DNA of 64,000 nucleotides from an uncultured candidate division Zixibacteria bacterium. GTDB taxonomy: Bacteria; Zixibacteria; MSB-5A5; UBA10806. The DNA lies in the NCBI GenBank assembly GCA_963817915.1, contig CAWFQL010000009.1:1-64000 (forward strand). Direction: 5' to 3'. Below the pieces are notes generated by a model, which was not told the origin of the DNA, searched no databases, and worked only from the letters and a program-made list of their open reading frames with translations. Both the position numbers and the translations under genes were made by a program. Shown here in pieces: positions 41,185 to 52,415 of this stretch; within the stretch, counting starts at the first letter, position 1, and each line of letters starts with the position of its first letter.

Positions 41185-44100
41185 ATGAGAAAAAATCTTA
41201 TGATTCTGCTGGTCCTGTGCGTGACGCTGGCGTTCTTTATACCGGTTATGGCACAAGCCCAGCAAAGACTTAATAATAACGGATTTGAGACCTGGACTGC
41301 CGGCCCAGGCGGCCCTCCAGATAATTGGAGAAATACCTCCGTAGGAACTACGCTTACAATGACTCAAGAATCCGCTACTGTTCACACCGGTACATACAGC
41401 AATAAGCTGAGTTGGACTGGACTCGCCGAAACCAATTATATATTTGCCGATACTGTTTTCGTCGCAGGAGGGCAGTCATACACTTTGAGTATTTGGGTGT
41501 TGGATAATGATGTTAATGCCAGAGCCAGAATGTGGTATAGTTTTAATAATGGCGGAGGCAGCGGCGGCCCGACTACTTATTCGGTTGATAATGCAGGCTG
41601 GGTGCAATATACATGGGGTCCTATTGTTGCCCCTGTCGCGTCCACGAAAATGGTTTTCCAGTACAGAACTTATAGCCAAAACAACTTTGCTGGAGCCAAG
41701 ACTATTTACATTGACGATGCCGAACTAATTGGTCCTGTTCCCGTCTTCCCACCGACAGTTGGAGCTCCAGTTAGAGTTCCATCCGGGGCTATTTATGGGG
41801 ATACCTATGTAAATATTCACTCAATCATCACTGATTTAGATGGGACAGTCGCCTCGGAAAGTCTCTATGTACAGCTTAATGCAGGCGGCTATAATCCTAT
41901 TGCAAGTGATAGCCTTGTAGGAAGTGACTATTGGTTCCATATCGGGACAAATACATTAGGTACGGTTGTAGATTACTATCCTGTAGCCACTGACAATGAA
42001 GGCAATCGTACAGTAGGCTCGACCGATACGTATACTGTAGTTAACAATCCACCTACAGTCGGCGCTCCTGTTAGAGTTCCTGCCGGCCCTATTTACTCCG
42101 CGTCAGATGTCAGCGTACACTCTCTCATAACAGATTCCGATGGTACTATAGCCAATGACAGCCTATACATCGATCTCAGCGGCGCTGGATATAATCCGAT
42201 CGCACATGACAGTATCGATGCTGGCGGAAACTATTGGTATCCACGTCGGTATGAATTCTATCGGAACCGTTGTAACTTATTATGCAATCGCCATCGATAA
42301 TAATGGCGCCCGCACGGAAGGTTCGTCTGATACTTATACCGTGTTGCCCAATGAGAACATACCTCCGTCAGTCGGCGCACCTGTCAGGGTTCCTTCCGGA
42401 CCTATTAATGCTATTACTTCCGTTGATGTTTATTCGCTTATTAATGATGTCGATGGCACCATATCTAGCGACAGCCTATACATCGATCTTAGCGGCGCTG
42501 GATATAATCCGGTCGCTCATGATAGCATCGATGCGGGTGGAAATTATTGGTTTCATATCGGCTTGCATTCCAACGGAACTGTGGTTACCTATTATGCGGT
42601 CGCTACCGATAATAATGGCGCTCGAGTAGTAGGTTCAAGCGACACATATACTGTGGCCAATAGCTTACCGGTGGTCGGCACCCCTGCGCGGCTCCCTGCC
42701 GGCAAGCTTTACTATGATGCCAATGTTATTGTCAACGCCACAATTACCGATCTCGATGGCACAATTGCCACCGAAATGCTGCAACTCCAGCTTAGCGGCG
42801 GCGGATATAATCCCGTAGCGCGAGATAGCCTTGTCGGAACAACCTACTGGTATACAATAGGCCCGAGAGCCGCCGGTACAGTAGTTGACTATTATATTAC
42901 CGCTACTGATAATGACGGTGGTACATCCAATTCCTCGACTTTTACTTATACTGTTCATGGCACTGTGCCGATATCCTTAATTCAATACTCCTCCGGTCCC
43001 GGTGCGAATAATAACTGCTATCCCAGCGATTCTATTCGTACAAACCAACAGGTTACTGGAGTAGTGTTAGCTACCTTTAACGGATCTTCCAGCGCTCGCA
43101 AACGGGCCTTTGTCCAGGATTCACAGAATCCTTTGTCGGGCATTTATATTTACGGTCTTCCCCAGGAAGTCAGACGAGGGGATAATATTACCGTGAGAGA
43201 CTCTGTTGCAGAGTATTTCTGGGAGACAGAAATGATGCCTCCTACCCGACTATTTACTCTTAATTCTTCCGGCAATCCCCTGCCAACTCCTACGGTTCTT
43301 ACTTGCGCTCAATTCCCGGCCGACAGCTGTAATGCTATTGCAGAACCATACGAGGATATGTTCATTCAAATTAATAATTTGACAATTGACAGCTTAAACA
43401 CTGGAAGAGCCGGTAATTTCTGGGCTCATGATGGATCCGGAAGCTCTAGTATAGTTTCTAATGATTTGGCTTATGGTCTTTCAAATCCGGATTCAGTTGT
43501 CGCTTTCTCTGTCGGGCAAGTTTATGACTGGGTTCGAGGCGTCGCCCGTTATGCATACGGCCGCTATCGTATTGCGCCGCAGTCTAAATTCGACATGCAG
43601 CTTGCTATTCCAAATGCGCCTCCAGCTATTACCAATGTCGCGCATGTACCCGGTCCCGGCGTATTGCCGACCGATGATGTTAATGTCAACGCGACAATCA
43701 CCGATTCCGACGGAACTATCGCAGCCGACAGTCTTTATTTGCAGATCAATGGCGGTGGATACGTCGCGATCGAAAAGTCAGGCGTTGTTGGTGATGTTTA
43801 CACATATCATATTGGTACCAACATCATTGGAACCATTGTTGATTATTATGTCATGGCCAAGGACAATGATGGCGCTCGTACAGAGAGCATCGTTTATAGT
43901 TATACAGTAGCCGCTCAGACAGAATGCACGGCTACATTGAGCATATTTGACGTTCAAAATTCTTTTGATCCCGGCGCAGATACTCTTCAGTGCTGGAATT
44001 CTCCATACGCGGGTCAATTTGTCACAGTGTGCGGTATTGTCTCGGCCGTTCAGCAGGGTGCTACGCCAAGATTTTACCTTCAGGATCCAGCCAATGGCAC

Positions 44101-46494
44101 AAGCTGGGGTAACATTTACTCCTATAAGTTCGCCATCGGTCCAAATTCCGTAAATCCGACGTTGCGCGACCATGTTCAGATAACAGCGCGACCAGTGGAG
44201 ATACAATGGATGGACCGAAATAGATTCTATTCAAAGTTACATAGTTCTTGGTGGAGGATCCCATTTAGATACTTCCGTAGTCACAGTAAGCGCATTTGCG
44301 GCTGGCTGCGATTATTCCACCGAACCGCTTGAAAGCGGCCTTATCAGAATTAATAATGTCACGGTACTTTCGGCCAATGGTTCCTATCAATACTGGATTA
44401 AGGACAGTCATTCAAGGTGACTCTATCCGCATTGACAGTGGACTATATTACTACGGCACAGATCAGCCCAGTCCTCTGCCAACCACTGGCGCAATGTATT
44501 CATGGATCGTGGGTGTTATGAAATGGGAAGGCAGAAACAGTTTGCCGCGGAGCTCGACCAAACGCGGTTGGATACTTCAGCCGAGATTTGCGTCTGATCT
44601 GGAAATATATATCCCGCCTGTACCAAATGTGGTAGATGTCTGGTCAGTAAATTCTACGACTGCCGCGGTTAAATTCGACCGCACTATGCAGTTACCCTCT
44701 GCCGGAAACTTCTCCACTTATAATGGCCTTTCGATACTCGGAGTATCATTGGATACTTCAGGCACAATAGCATTTCTAACTACTGCCGTGCAGCCCAATA
44801 ATACTGTGGACACAATGTTCATCAATGGTGTTTGTGGAACTGAAGGCGGCTGCATGACCACGCCAGCTCATAATAAGTTCCGTCCCGGGTTTACAGATAT
44901 CGCTATTGTAAACTTCCCTGAACCGGCCGGCGATAGCTCTGCCATAAGGGGCGATATCGTTACCGTAAAAGCTGTAGTGGTTGCAGACACTTCGGAATGC
45001 TATGCCAGCAATACAAGCTTTATCAACGATCAAAGCGGTCCGCCAAATAACGGCGTAGAATTGTTTAACCCAACACCTTTTAGAGTACCTCCAGTGACCG
45101 GCGATACAATTATCGTGACCGGCAAAGTACTCGAGTATTTCGGACAGACCGAAGTATCGGCTTCTGCTTACTTGAATCTCGTAACCCTCTCCGCTGGTCC
45201 AAGTCCGATACCGTCCACCGTTACAATCCCCGATTTGTTGGCCAATAGCGAAGGTTTTGAAAGTTCATTAATCACCCTTTGCGATTCATTCGTAGTTACC
45301 AATATTGCGTTTGACGCGTTTGGGTTCCAGATTCAAAGCCTGACCAACCCTACAGAGACTATCGTAATACATCGTCAGGCATCGCATACGCGATACACTT
45401 ACGTCCCAGTATTAGGAGACATTTTCCGAGGGATTACCGGCGTTTATCGTATGCAAAGAAGCCTTTACCGCTTGATGCCGCGTTCCAATGATGATTTCAA
45501 TACCTCTGCTACCTGGTGCGCTACCGGTGAGGCCGAAGTTGGAGTTACTCCCGCCTCATTACATCATTACCAGGAGACCAATATCAATAGAACGTTTGCT
45601 GGTGACTTTACAATCTCCAATACAGGCACAATTCCATTAACCTTTACTGCCAGTAACACGCTTTCCTGGATAACCATCGGAACGCTAAGCGGAAATGTGC
45701 CGGCAGGCGGCAGCCAGCCGATTGATCTTACAGTCAATACAATTGGTATTGCGGTTGGTGTTTACAATGACTTCATCACGATAAGTTCCAATGATCCGAT
45801 AACTCCAGCGGTTGATCTGCCCGTGACAATTTCCGTGTCGCAGGTTGTTCCTGGAGTGGATCATTTCGATATCAACGTGGCTGAAGGTCAAATATCTACA
45901 ACTGATCTCACTATTAGTAATGGGGCCGCTGTTGATGTTAGAATCGATCTGACCGCTATACCTACCGAATGGTTGTCCGTGGTTCCCGGTGTCGATACTA
46001 TCCCGGCTGGCGGAAATGTCACCGCCGTGGTTTCTGTCAATGCCGCCGGTCTGCCTGAAGGCGTCTACACCGGTACAATTACGATCAATTCCAGTAATTT
46101 AATGATAGCTACTATCATTGAGATTCCAGTTAACGTCACCGTCACGGGACCGGTCTGTTCGTATGTAGTTGGTGATGCCAACAACAGCAATACATTCAAC
46201 GGCCTCGACGTTACCTATAGCGTTAATTATTTCAGAGGTGGCGATCCGCCCGCGTACTCTTGCGAGTGCACACCCGGAAATATCTGGTTTGTCTCAGGCG
46301 ATGTTAATGGCAGCTGTTCATTTAATGGTCTGGACGTCACTTATATGGTCAATTACTTCAAAGGCGGAGCCGGCCCAATTCCATGCGCCGATTGCCCGCC
46401 CGGAGGCAGATTCGCTCCGAATTCCGGAAATGCACCGGCAGTGCAACCGATTATACATAATGTTCTTCCTAAGAAAGCCGGTTCAGCGGAATAG
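41185..46494 (+). CDS. Giant (~1768 aa) exported protein: CBM-like domain, five Ig-like repeats, three double OB-fold modules, Ig/BACON-like domains and dockerin; broken by three +1 indels
   Basis: ORFs 41140-42300, 42155-44332 and 44296-46494 join when single bases are removed at ~42239, ~44201 and ~44415. This restores YWFHVG (matching sibling repeats), VEYNGWTE..EPLESGLIRI and HSGDSIRID. Signal peptide at 41185. Confidence 0.82.
42157..42550 (+). repeat. Intragenic domain duplication (81-bp cores at 42157-42237 and 42470-42550)
   Basis: 8 mismatches in 81 bp, 7 of them synonymous. Confidence 0.85.
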
Positions 46495-46511
46495 TAATTA
46501 GTAATCATAAT

Positions 46512-46545
46512 AATCGGGCCTCCTTTGGGGGCCCGATTTGTTTTC
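46512..46545 (+). terminator. Rho-independent terminator
   Basis: AATCGGGCC...GGCCCGATT followed by a T-rich tail. Confidence 0.8.
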
Positions 46546-46622
46546 TCTAAAAATATCAGATTTTTGTAGCAGAAATGGATTGCCAGGACATCAATTTAAA
46601 TCGAAAATCAATAAAACTTGTA

Positions 46623-46651
46623 TTGATTATTGATCTGAAATACTTTATATT
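46623..46651 (+). promoter_or_regulatory. Sigma70-type promoter of the TonB/PorV operon
   Basis: TTGATT-17-TATATT. Confidence 0.45.
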
Positions 46652-46730
46652 TGATAAAAGTTGATGTAGATTACTGGGAATCGCGGCTCGTTGATCAAGC
46701 CCTGGTCCGAGAAAAGAGGGTAATCAAAAA

Positions 46731-48809
46731 ATGAAAAGAAACGGGTGGCAAGGAATAGTTTTGTCCAAAATTTTCATTTTTTGCTTTTTGGTTATTATTG
46801 AGTTAGTGATTTTATTCCCCATCAATGTTCTCGCTGACGATGACGATAGACATACTGCCAATATAGGAAATATAAGCCTGGTCTTTAGCAATTACGGCAC
46901 TATTGGATTAGCGTTTGCGGAAAGAGGCCGTTTATCGTGCGAATACCCGATTGGATCGCATATAGAGCATATATATAGAGGCGGTTTTTGGTTTGGTGGC
47001 AGACAAAATTACCAGACCAAGGTCTCAACGGGAGCGGTAGATGTATTAAACAGGATCGGGAGACCCGGTTTCGAATTTACGACAGGATACTGCATTCCCG
47101 GGACTCCGTTGAGCTTTCCGGCTGACTCAATGATAGAAAGATCAACACTCCCTGTTTCTCAGTATTATGATCCAAACGCAATAAGTCATCAGGATTTGAT
47201 TTGTGAGTATACCGATTCCAATACATGCGTTCCGCAAACTGGCGAGGCTATCACGGCACATGACCCTCTGGGGATTGTAGTCCGCCAGGAAGCGTTTGCC
47301 TGGAGCCAATCTTTTGCCAATGCCTACGTGATATTTCAATTCACAATAAAGAATACAAGCCAGGATAGTATCGAGGACGCCTATGCGGGGTATTGGATCG
47401 ACACCAATGTCGGCAATACCGATATTACGGTTCCGCCTCGATGGGGTCCTGTTTCTTCGTGGAATTATGACGATGATGGAAATAACTATATCGATTCCAT
47501 TCAAATGGCATACGAATACGATTACGATGGCGAATACGGATACGCTGAAAGCTATATTGGAATGCAGATATTGGGAACGACACCCAAATATGATCCTCAA
47601 TCGGATTCCTCATATTTGGAAAAAGCCAATTTTTACGAATGGATGTACAACGAATCGCAGGATCCTGTATTCTTTACACCCCAGAACGACAATGAACGCT
47701 ATAATAGAATGGCTACCGGATTAAACAAGTTGATGCCGGGTCCTCCTCCGAATCCTGATTGGCGTTCCCTGGGCGGGGCGACCGGATATGGCAACCGCAC
47801 TATGCTGGTAAGCACAGGGCCATTTCCTACGATGGCTCCGGGTGATTCGGTCGTATTTGTTTTTGCCATAATTTGCGCGAGCAAATATGGGCCTGATCCG
47901 ATGGAGAATGACACCGAACGATCAAGGACCAATTTATTTCTGAATTCCAGGTGGGCCAAAATTTCCTATGAAAATGATTATAAATTGCCTGAAGCACCTC
48001 CGCCTCCGAGCATGAAAGTTGTAGCGGGAGATACAAAAGCGGAAATTTATTGGGATAATTCACCTGAAAGTTTCGTAGATCCAATTATGGGTCACGCTGA
48101 TTTTGAAGGATATAAAATCTATAGAGCCAGGATCACACAGGAAAATCAAAGCCAGGGGCTAAGACAGCTTTTTGAAGTGATAGGCCAATTCGACCGGATC
48201 GACTCTATCGGCTATGATACTGGCCTGGATTTTATTGCTCTTGCCGAGCCGGAAACGTTGGACGGCCACGCATACTACTATAAATATACGAACGAAAATC
48301 TTCTTAATGGATGGCAGTATGCTTACGCAGTGACAGCATTTGATACGGGCGATCCAACAAATAATTTGGAAAGTCTCGAATCGAGCCCGCTTCTAAGCTA
48401 TAATAGAGTATTTCCGGGGCCGATGGCAGGCGAGACAAAAGAGATAGCCGTATTTCCAAACCCATATAAGGCTCGTTCGCTCTGGGATGGTCGCGGAGAT
48501 GATGGGATTCAGGAAAGAGATCGGCTGATTTATTTTGCGAATCTGCCTGACAGGTGCACTATCAGAATTTACACAATTTCAGGCGATTTGGTAGATACCA
48601 TTGAGCATGACGGCCAGAATAATACCGGCGCCGATTTGAATTGGTTTAAACAATACGCGTCGGGCGAAAAAGTAATTTCCGGCGGCATTCATGGCTGGGA
48701 TTTGGTGACTAAAGCAGATCAGGCATTGGCCACCGGAATGTATTTATTTGCAGTAGAAGATAAGACATCAGGGAATATTTCCCGGGGCAAATTTGTCATT
48801 ATTAAGTAG
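46731..48809 (+). CDS. Uncharacterised exported protein with FN3-like region and CTD-like tail (type that accompanies TBDR/PorV loci in FCB genomes)
   Basis: Signal peptide; NYGTIG..EYPIGSHIEH..GGFWFGG; DFEGYKIYR..YAYAVTAFD; VFPNPY..FANLP..TIRIYT.SGDLV..WDL..GMYLF..GKFVIIK. Confidence 0.8.
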   Translation: MKRNGWQGIVLSKIFIFCFLVIIELVILFPINVLADDDDRHTANIGNISLVFSNYGTIGLAFAERGRLSCEYPIGSHIEHIYRGGFWFGGRQNYQTKVSTGAVDVLNRIGRPGFEFTTGYCIPGTPLSFPADSMIERSTLPVSQYYDPNAISHQDLICEYTDSNTCVPQTGEAITAHDPLGIVVRQEAFAWSQSFANAYVIFQFTIKNTSQDSIEDAYAGYWIDTNVGNTDITVPPRWGPVSSWNYDDDGNNYIDSIQMAYEYDYDGEYGYAESYIGMQILGTTPKYDPQSDSSYLEKANFYEWMYNESQDPVFFTPQNDNERYNRMATGLNKLMPGPPPNPDWRSLGGATGYGNRTMLVSTGPFPTMAPGDSVVFVFAIICASKYGPDPMENDTERSRTNLFLNSRWAKISYENDYKLPEAPPPPSMKVVAGDTKAEIYWDNSPESFVDPIMGHADFEGYKIYRARITQENQSQGLRQLFEVIGQFDRIDSIGYDTGLDFIALAEPETLDGHAYYYKYTNENLLNGWQYAYAVTAFDTGDPTNNLESLESSPLLSYNRVFPGPMAGETKEIAVFPNPYKARSLWDGRGDDGIQERDRLIYFANLPDRCTIRIYTISGDLVDTIEHDGQNNTGADLNWFKQYASGEKVISGGIHGWDLVTKADQALATGMYLFAVEDKTSGNISRGKFVIIK

Positions 48810-48821
48810 AAGGAGAAAAAG

Positions 48822-50927
48822 ATGAAGATTGTGACTATTTTATTATTGGCAGTCACACTGTCAATCTCAGTCGCGATGGCGCAATATCCAGTTGTGCCGA
48901 TTGATAGCCTTCAGTGGGCGCCCTGCTGGGGCGATAGCTCCCGCTATGCAGGCGATACTGTCACGACTGGCGGCATTATAACCGCTGGAACCGGGCTATT
49001 TTATGCCGGTACCGGAGTGACCTGCTATTTATCAAAACCAGATGGCGGTTTATTCTCAGGAGTAATGCTATATAATACCAATCCCCAGGGACTTGGAGAA
49101 TTATACCGTGGAGATTCGATTCTTTTTAACGCCATTGTCAGCGAATATGGCTGGGAACCGTCACCAGGCGCTCCATTCGTAACTCATACCGAGCTTTTGG
49201 TAATACCCGGATCATTCCAATATAGACTGTACGGTATGCCCGAACCTCCGCCTGTTATTATTAATGCTATTGAAATTGATTCTACCGGACGAGCGGATTC
49301 ATGCGGTGAAAAGTATGAAAGCGCATTTGTACAGATTAATGACTTATATGTTGATTCCGTAGTCAATTATACCTCTACATCGACCTGGATTTGCCATGAC
49401 GCAACCGGCAAATGTCTGATAAGAGAAGCTTCGGACTCCATTCCGAATTCATTCAGACCAACTCCAGGCACGCATTTCAATTACATAAAGGGGGTCATTT
49501 ACCATCGCTTTGGAGCTTTGTCATTGCAGCCTCGTTATTCAACCGATTGGAATCTCGCCGAAGGTCCGCCGATTGTCAATGGTAGGACCCATATTCCTGC
49601 ATATCCAATACTCGGCGATTCAGTCAGGATTATTGCCAATGCCTACGATAATTCTGCGATTGATACTGTCAGGCTTTATTATAGAATTAATCTCGGCACC
49701 TGGGTAAATGTCCCGATGGTATCGGTCGGCAGTAATAATTTCCAATATGTATTGCCATCGCCTGTAAATAATTGGGATGTCGATTATTATGTCAGGGCGG
49801 TCGATGATGAGAACAACTCAACATTTGATCCAAATGAGGCGCCTTCAAGTTTCTATAGCTATAGAGTCCAGCAGTATCACCCGTTGACAATTGCTCAAGC
49901 CAGAGTTGACGCTAACGGCGATTTTGTGCCCGACATGCTTGATTCTGCGGTAACCTTGACAGGTATCGCGGTATCCCCCAATTTTTCGCCCGACAAGACC
50001 GATTTCTTCATGCAGCAGGGTCTATCTGGAATCGATGTTTATTACGATTCAACTCAGATTACAATTAACCCTGGCGATTCCATAACGGTCAGCGGAATTA
50101 TTAGCCAGTACACTGGCAAGACTCAGGTAGTTGTCTATAAGAGAAGCTTGTTTGTTCATAATGGATTCGGCACGCTGCCTACTCCGATGGTTGTCAACTG
50201 CGCCGATCTTGGTGATATAAATGGAGAATCGTTAGAAGGTACATTGGTTAAAGTCGTCAATGCGAATATCTATGAAATCCCTGACCCGTGGCCGGGGTTG
50301 GGCTTTTCAGCGACAATGACTATCGCGAATGGTGCCGATTCGGCCGCGCTGAGGATTGATCGCAACACCGATATCGATGGTCAGCCACAATCCCAGCCAA
50401 AAGCAACTATAACAGGTGTTGTTGGGCAGTATGATAATTACGCTCCGTACTTGGGCTATTATCAGTTGATGCCTCGTTTCTATACAGACTTCGAATGGAT
50501 TACAGGTTCTGTCTGCAATTACACTGTTGGTGATGCTAATGGCAATGGTTCATTTAACGGCCTTGACGTCACATACAGCGTTAATTACTTCAAGGGTGGT
50601 GCTCCTCCGTCATATTCTTGCGAATGCCCTCCTGGCAATACCTGGTTTGTTAGTGGCGACGTCAATAATAGCTGCTCGTTCAATGGTCTTGATGTGACTT
50701 ATATGGTAAATTACTTCAAAGGCGGCGCGGCTCCCAATCCATGTGCCACGTGCTTGCCTGGTCTCTCGAACGCTCCAAATTCTGGTAATATACCGTCAGC
50801 CATATCAACTCCGAAAAACGATTATGTTCCGGCTACCATAACCGCCCCCAAAAATAGGTATGCCCCCGCGGTACGACCTGTTCAAAATACTAAGACACAA
50901 ACCAAGAATTCCGGATCTACAGAATAA
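48822..50927 (+). CDS. Exported protein with two double OB-fold modules, one Ig-like repeat, dockerin and Pro/Thr-rich tail
   Basis: GDTVTTGGIITA, GEKYESAFVQI, LQPRYSTD; GDSITVSG..SQYTGKTQ, GESLEGTLVKV, YQLMPRFYTD; dockerin from 50514. Confidence 0.82.
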   Translation: MKIVTILLLAVTLSISVAMAQYPVVPIDSLQWAPCWGDSSRYAGDTVTTGGIITAGTGLFYAGTGVTCYLSKPDGGLFSGVMLYNTNPQGLGELYRGDSILFNAIVSEYGWEPSPGAPFVTHTELLVIPGSFQYRLYGMPEPPPVIINAIEIDSTGRADSCGEKYESAFVQINDLYVDSVVNYTSTSTWICHDATGKCLIREASDSIPNSFRPTPGTHFNYIKGVIYHRFGALSLQPRYSTDWNLAEGPPIVNGRTHIPAYPILGDSVRIIANAYDNSAIDTVRLYYRINLGTWVNVPMVSVGSNNFQYVLPSPVNNWDVDYYVRAVDDENNSTFDPNEAPSSFYSYRVQQYHPLTIAQARVDANGDFVPDMLDSAVTLTGIAVSPNFSPDKTDFFMQQGLSGIDVYYDSTQITINPGDSITVSGIISQYTGKTQVVVYKRSLFVHNGFGTLPTPMVVNCADLGDINGESLEGTLVKVVNANIYEIPDPWPGLGFSATMTIANGADSAALRIDRNTDIDGQPQSQPKATITGVVGQYDNYAPYLGYYQLMPRFYTDFEWITGSVCNYTVGDANGNGSFNGLDVTYSVNYFKGGAPPSYSCECPPGNTWFVSGDVNNSCSFNGLDVTYMVNYFKGGAAPNPCATCLPGLSNAPNSGNIPSAISTPKNDYVPATITAPKNRYAPAVRPVQNTKTQTKNSGSTE

Positions 50928-50936
50928 AGCTGGATT

Positions 50937-52415
50937 GTGAATAATAAAATCTCGCGGGGCCGATGGATCGGCCCCGCAATAATATTGATCGGCCTGGTGC
51001 TTGCTTGCTCCACCAAACGTACAACTGCGCCAGGAAATAACCTGCCACCGGTAACCCATCTATTTCTACATCTTTCCGATACAACGCAGCATCTGGGAGA
51101 GACAACGAGCAGGCAGGTGCTCTATTGGTCGGGCGATGATCCCGATGGGGAAATTAAGGGATTCGAATACGCTTGGACCGACACCTCCGCATGGACATTT
51201 ACGACTCTGGTGATGGACACGTTCTATGTGCCGATCAGGGTTCAGCAGGATACATTTACATTTTACATAAGGGCTGTTGATAATTACGATTTGAAGGATC
51301 CAACTCCTGAGCATTTATCATTCCCCATTAGAAATTCACCTCCGACCATAACATTCCCAGTCGACTTCGTCGCCAAATATTCTCATACAATCTACAGAGC
51401 ATTTTCTCATTTTACGATTGGATGGCGAGGCGGCGATCCCGATGGAGATTCTACAATCACGAGGTATGAATGGTATCTCGCAGATTCATCTTTCCATCCC
51501 GGTGAACTCGATACGACTGTTTGGAACTCGCTGGCATGGAATTACGTGGATTCAATGACAACGATCAAGGTTTTCGATAATCTGGCTCCGGGCTGCTATC
51601 GATATTTCATGAGATCAAGAGATGTTGCCGGGTCTTACAGCAAAATAATTTCATATCCTGATACGGCTATTGGCTCCCGGCCTGCGGGAATTTGGGAAGT
51701 CATGCCAAGAGTAGGCACATATATCAACGGTGATTCCTTATACGTACTTTACGTTAGGGACAACTACCCGTTTTTTATTCAGATCGATTCGGTTAGCGGC
51801 AAATATGCACTCGATTCGTTTTTGGGGATAAATGGCTACTCAACGTGGGATATGCTTGATACAATCAGCTATTATCCGCAAGATATTGAAGCTACACTGA
51901 AACTATTCGATATTGTGGTCTGGATAGGCGGTACAAATCCCCATTTTAGAGAATCAGCCGGGCCATTAGTATCATTTCTCCTTGCCCCTGGAAGGCATTT
52001 ATTCATTTGCTCCCAAAGAACGGTAGGGGATACTGCTATTTACCCTTTTCTGCCAATCGATTCAGTTACCAGCAGGACGGTGCCGAGAACACAGCGTATT
52101 TTCAAGGTTCCGACCGCACCGGCTGGATATCCGGATACAATATCTGCTCTGGATCCGGGATCGTGGCCGTTCCAATCTTGCTATAGTTTTGCACCGGGCG
52201 CGCCTTCAGGGCTTTTACCGGATCCTGCCCAGGCACTCTATGTGATTAATAGCGATACTGTGGCCGCGCGCTTTCCCGCATATAATCCCGGGCTATGGAC
52301 TCCGGCCAAAGTCGTATTTTTTTCTATGAATGTTTTTAACGGTAATGACAATAACAATTTTGCCAATCTTTTGAGACACGTCGTCCTGGAGGAGTTCAAT
52401 GATACGGGTCTGTAG
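50937..52415 (+). CDS. Lipoprotein with Ig/FN3-like domains
   Basis: LVLAC lipobox; repeated W.G.DPDG motif; FYIRAVDN..DPTP. Confidence 0.78.
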   Translation: MNNKISRGRWIGPAIILIGLVLACSTKRTTAPGNNLPPVTHLFLHLSDTTQHLGETTSRQVLYWSGDDPDGEIKGFEYAWTDTSAWTFTTLVMDTFYVPIRVQQDTFTFYIRAVDNYDLKDPTPEHLSFPIRNSPPTITFPVDFVAKYSHTIYRAFSHFTIGWRGGDPDGDSTITRYEWYLADSSFHPGELDTTVWNSLAWNYVDSMTTIKVFDNLAPGCYRYFMRSRDVAGSYSKIISYPDTAIGSRPAGIWEVMPRVGTYINGDSLYVLYVRDNYPFFIQIDSVSGKYALDSFLGINGYSTWDMLDTISYYPQDIEATLKLFDIVVWIGGTNPHFRESAGPLVSFLLAPGRHLFICSQRTVGDTAIYPFLPIDSVTSRTVPRTQRIFKVPTAPAGYPDTISALDPGSWPFQSCYSFAPGAPSGLLPDPAQALYVINSDTVAARFPAYNPGLWTPAKVVFFSMNVFNGNDNNNFANLLRHVVLEEFNDTGL

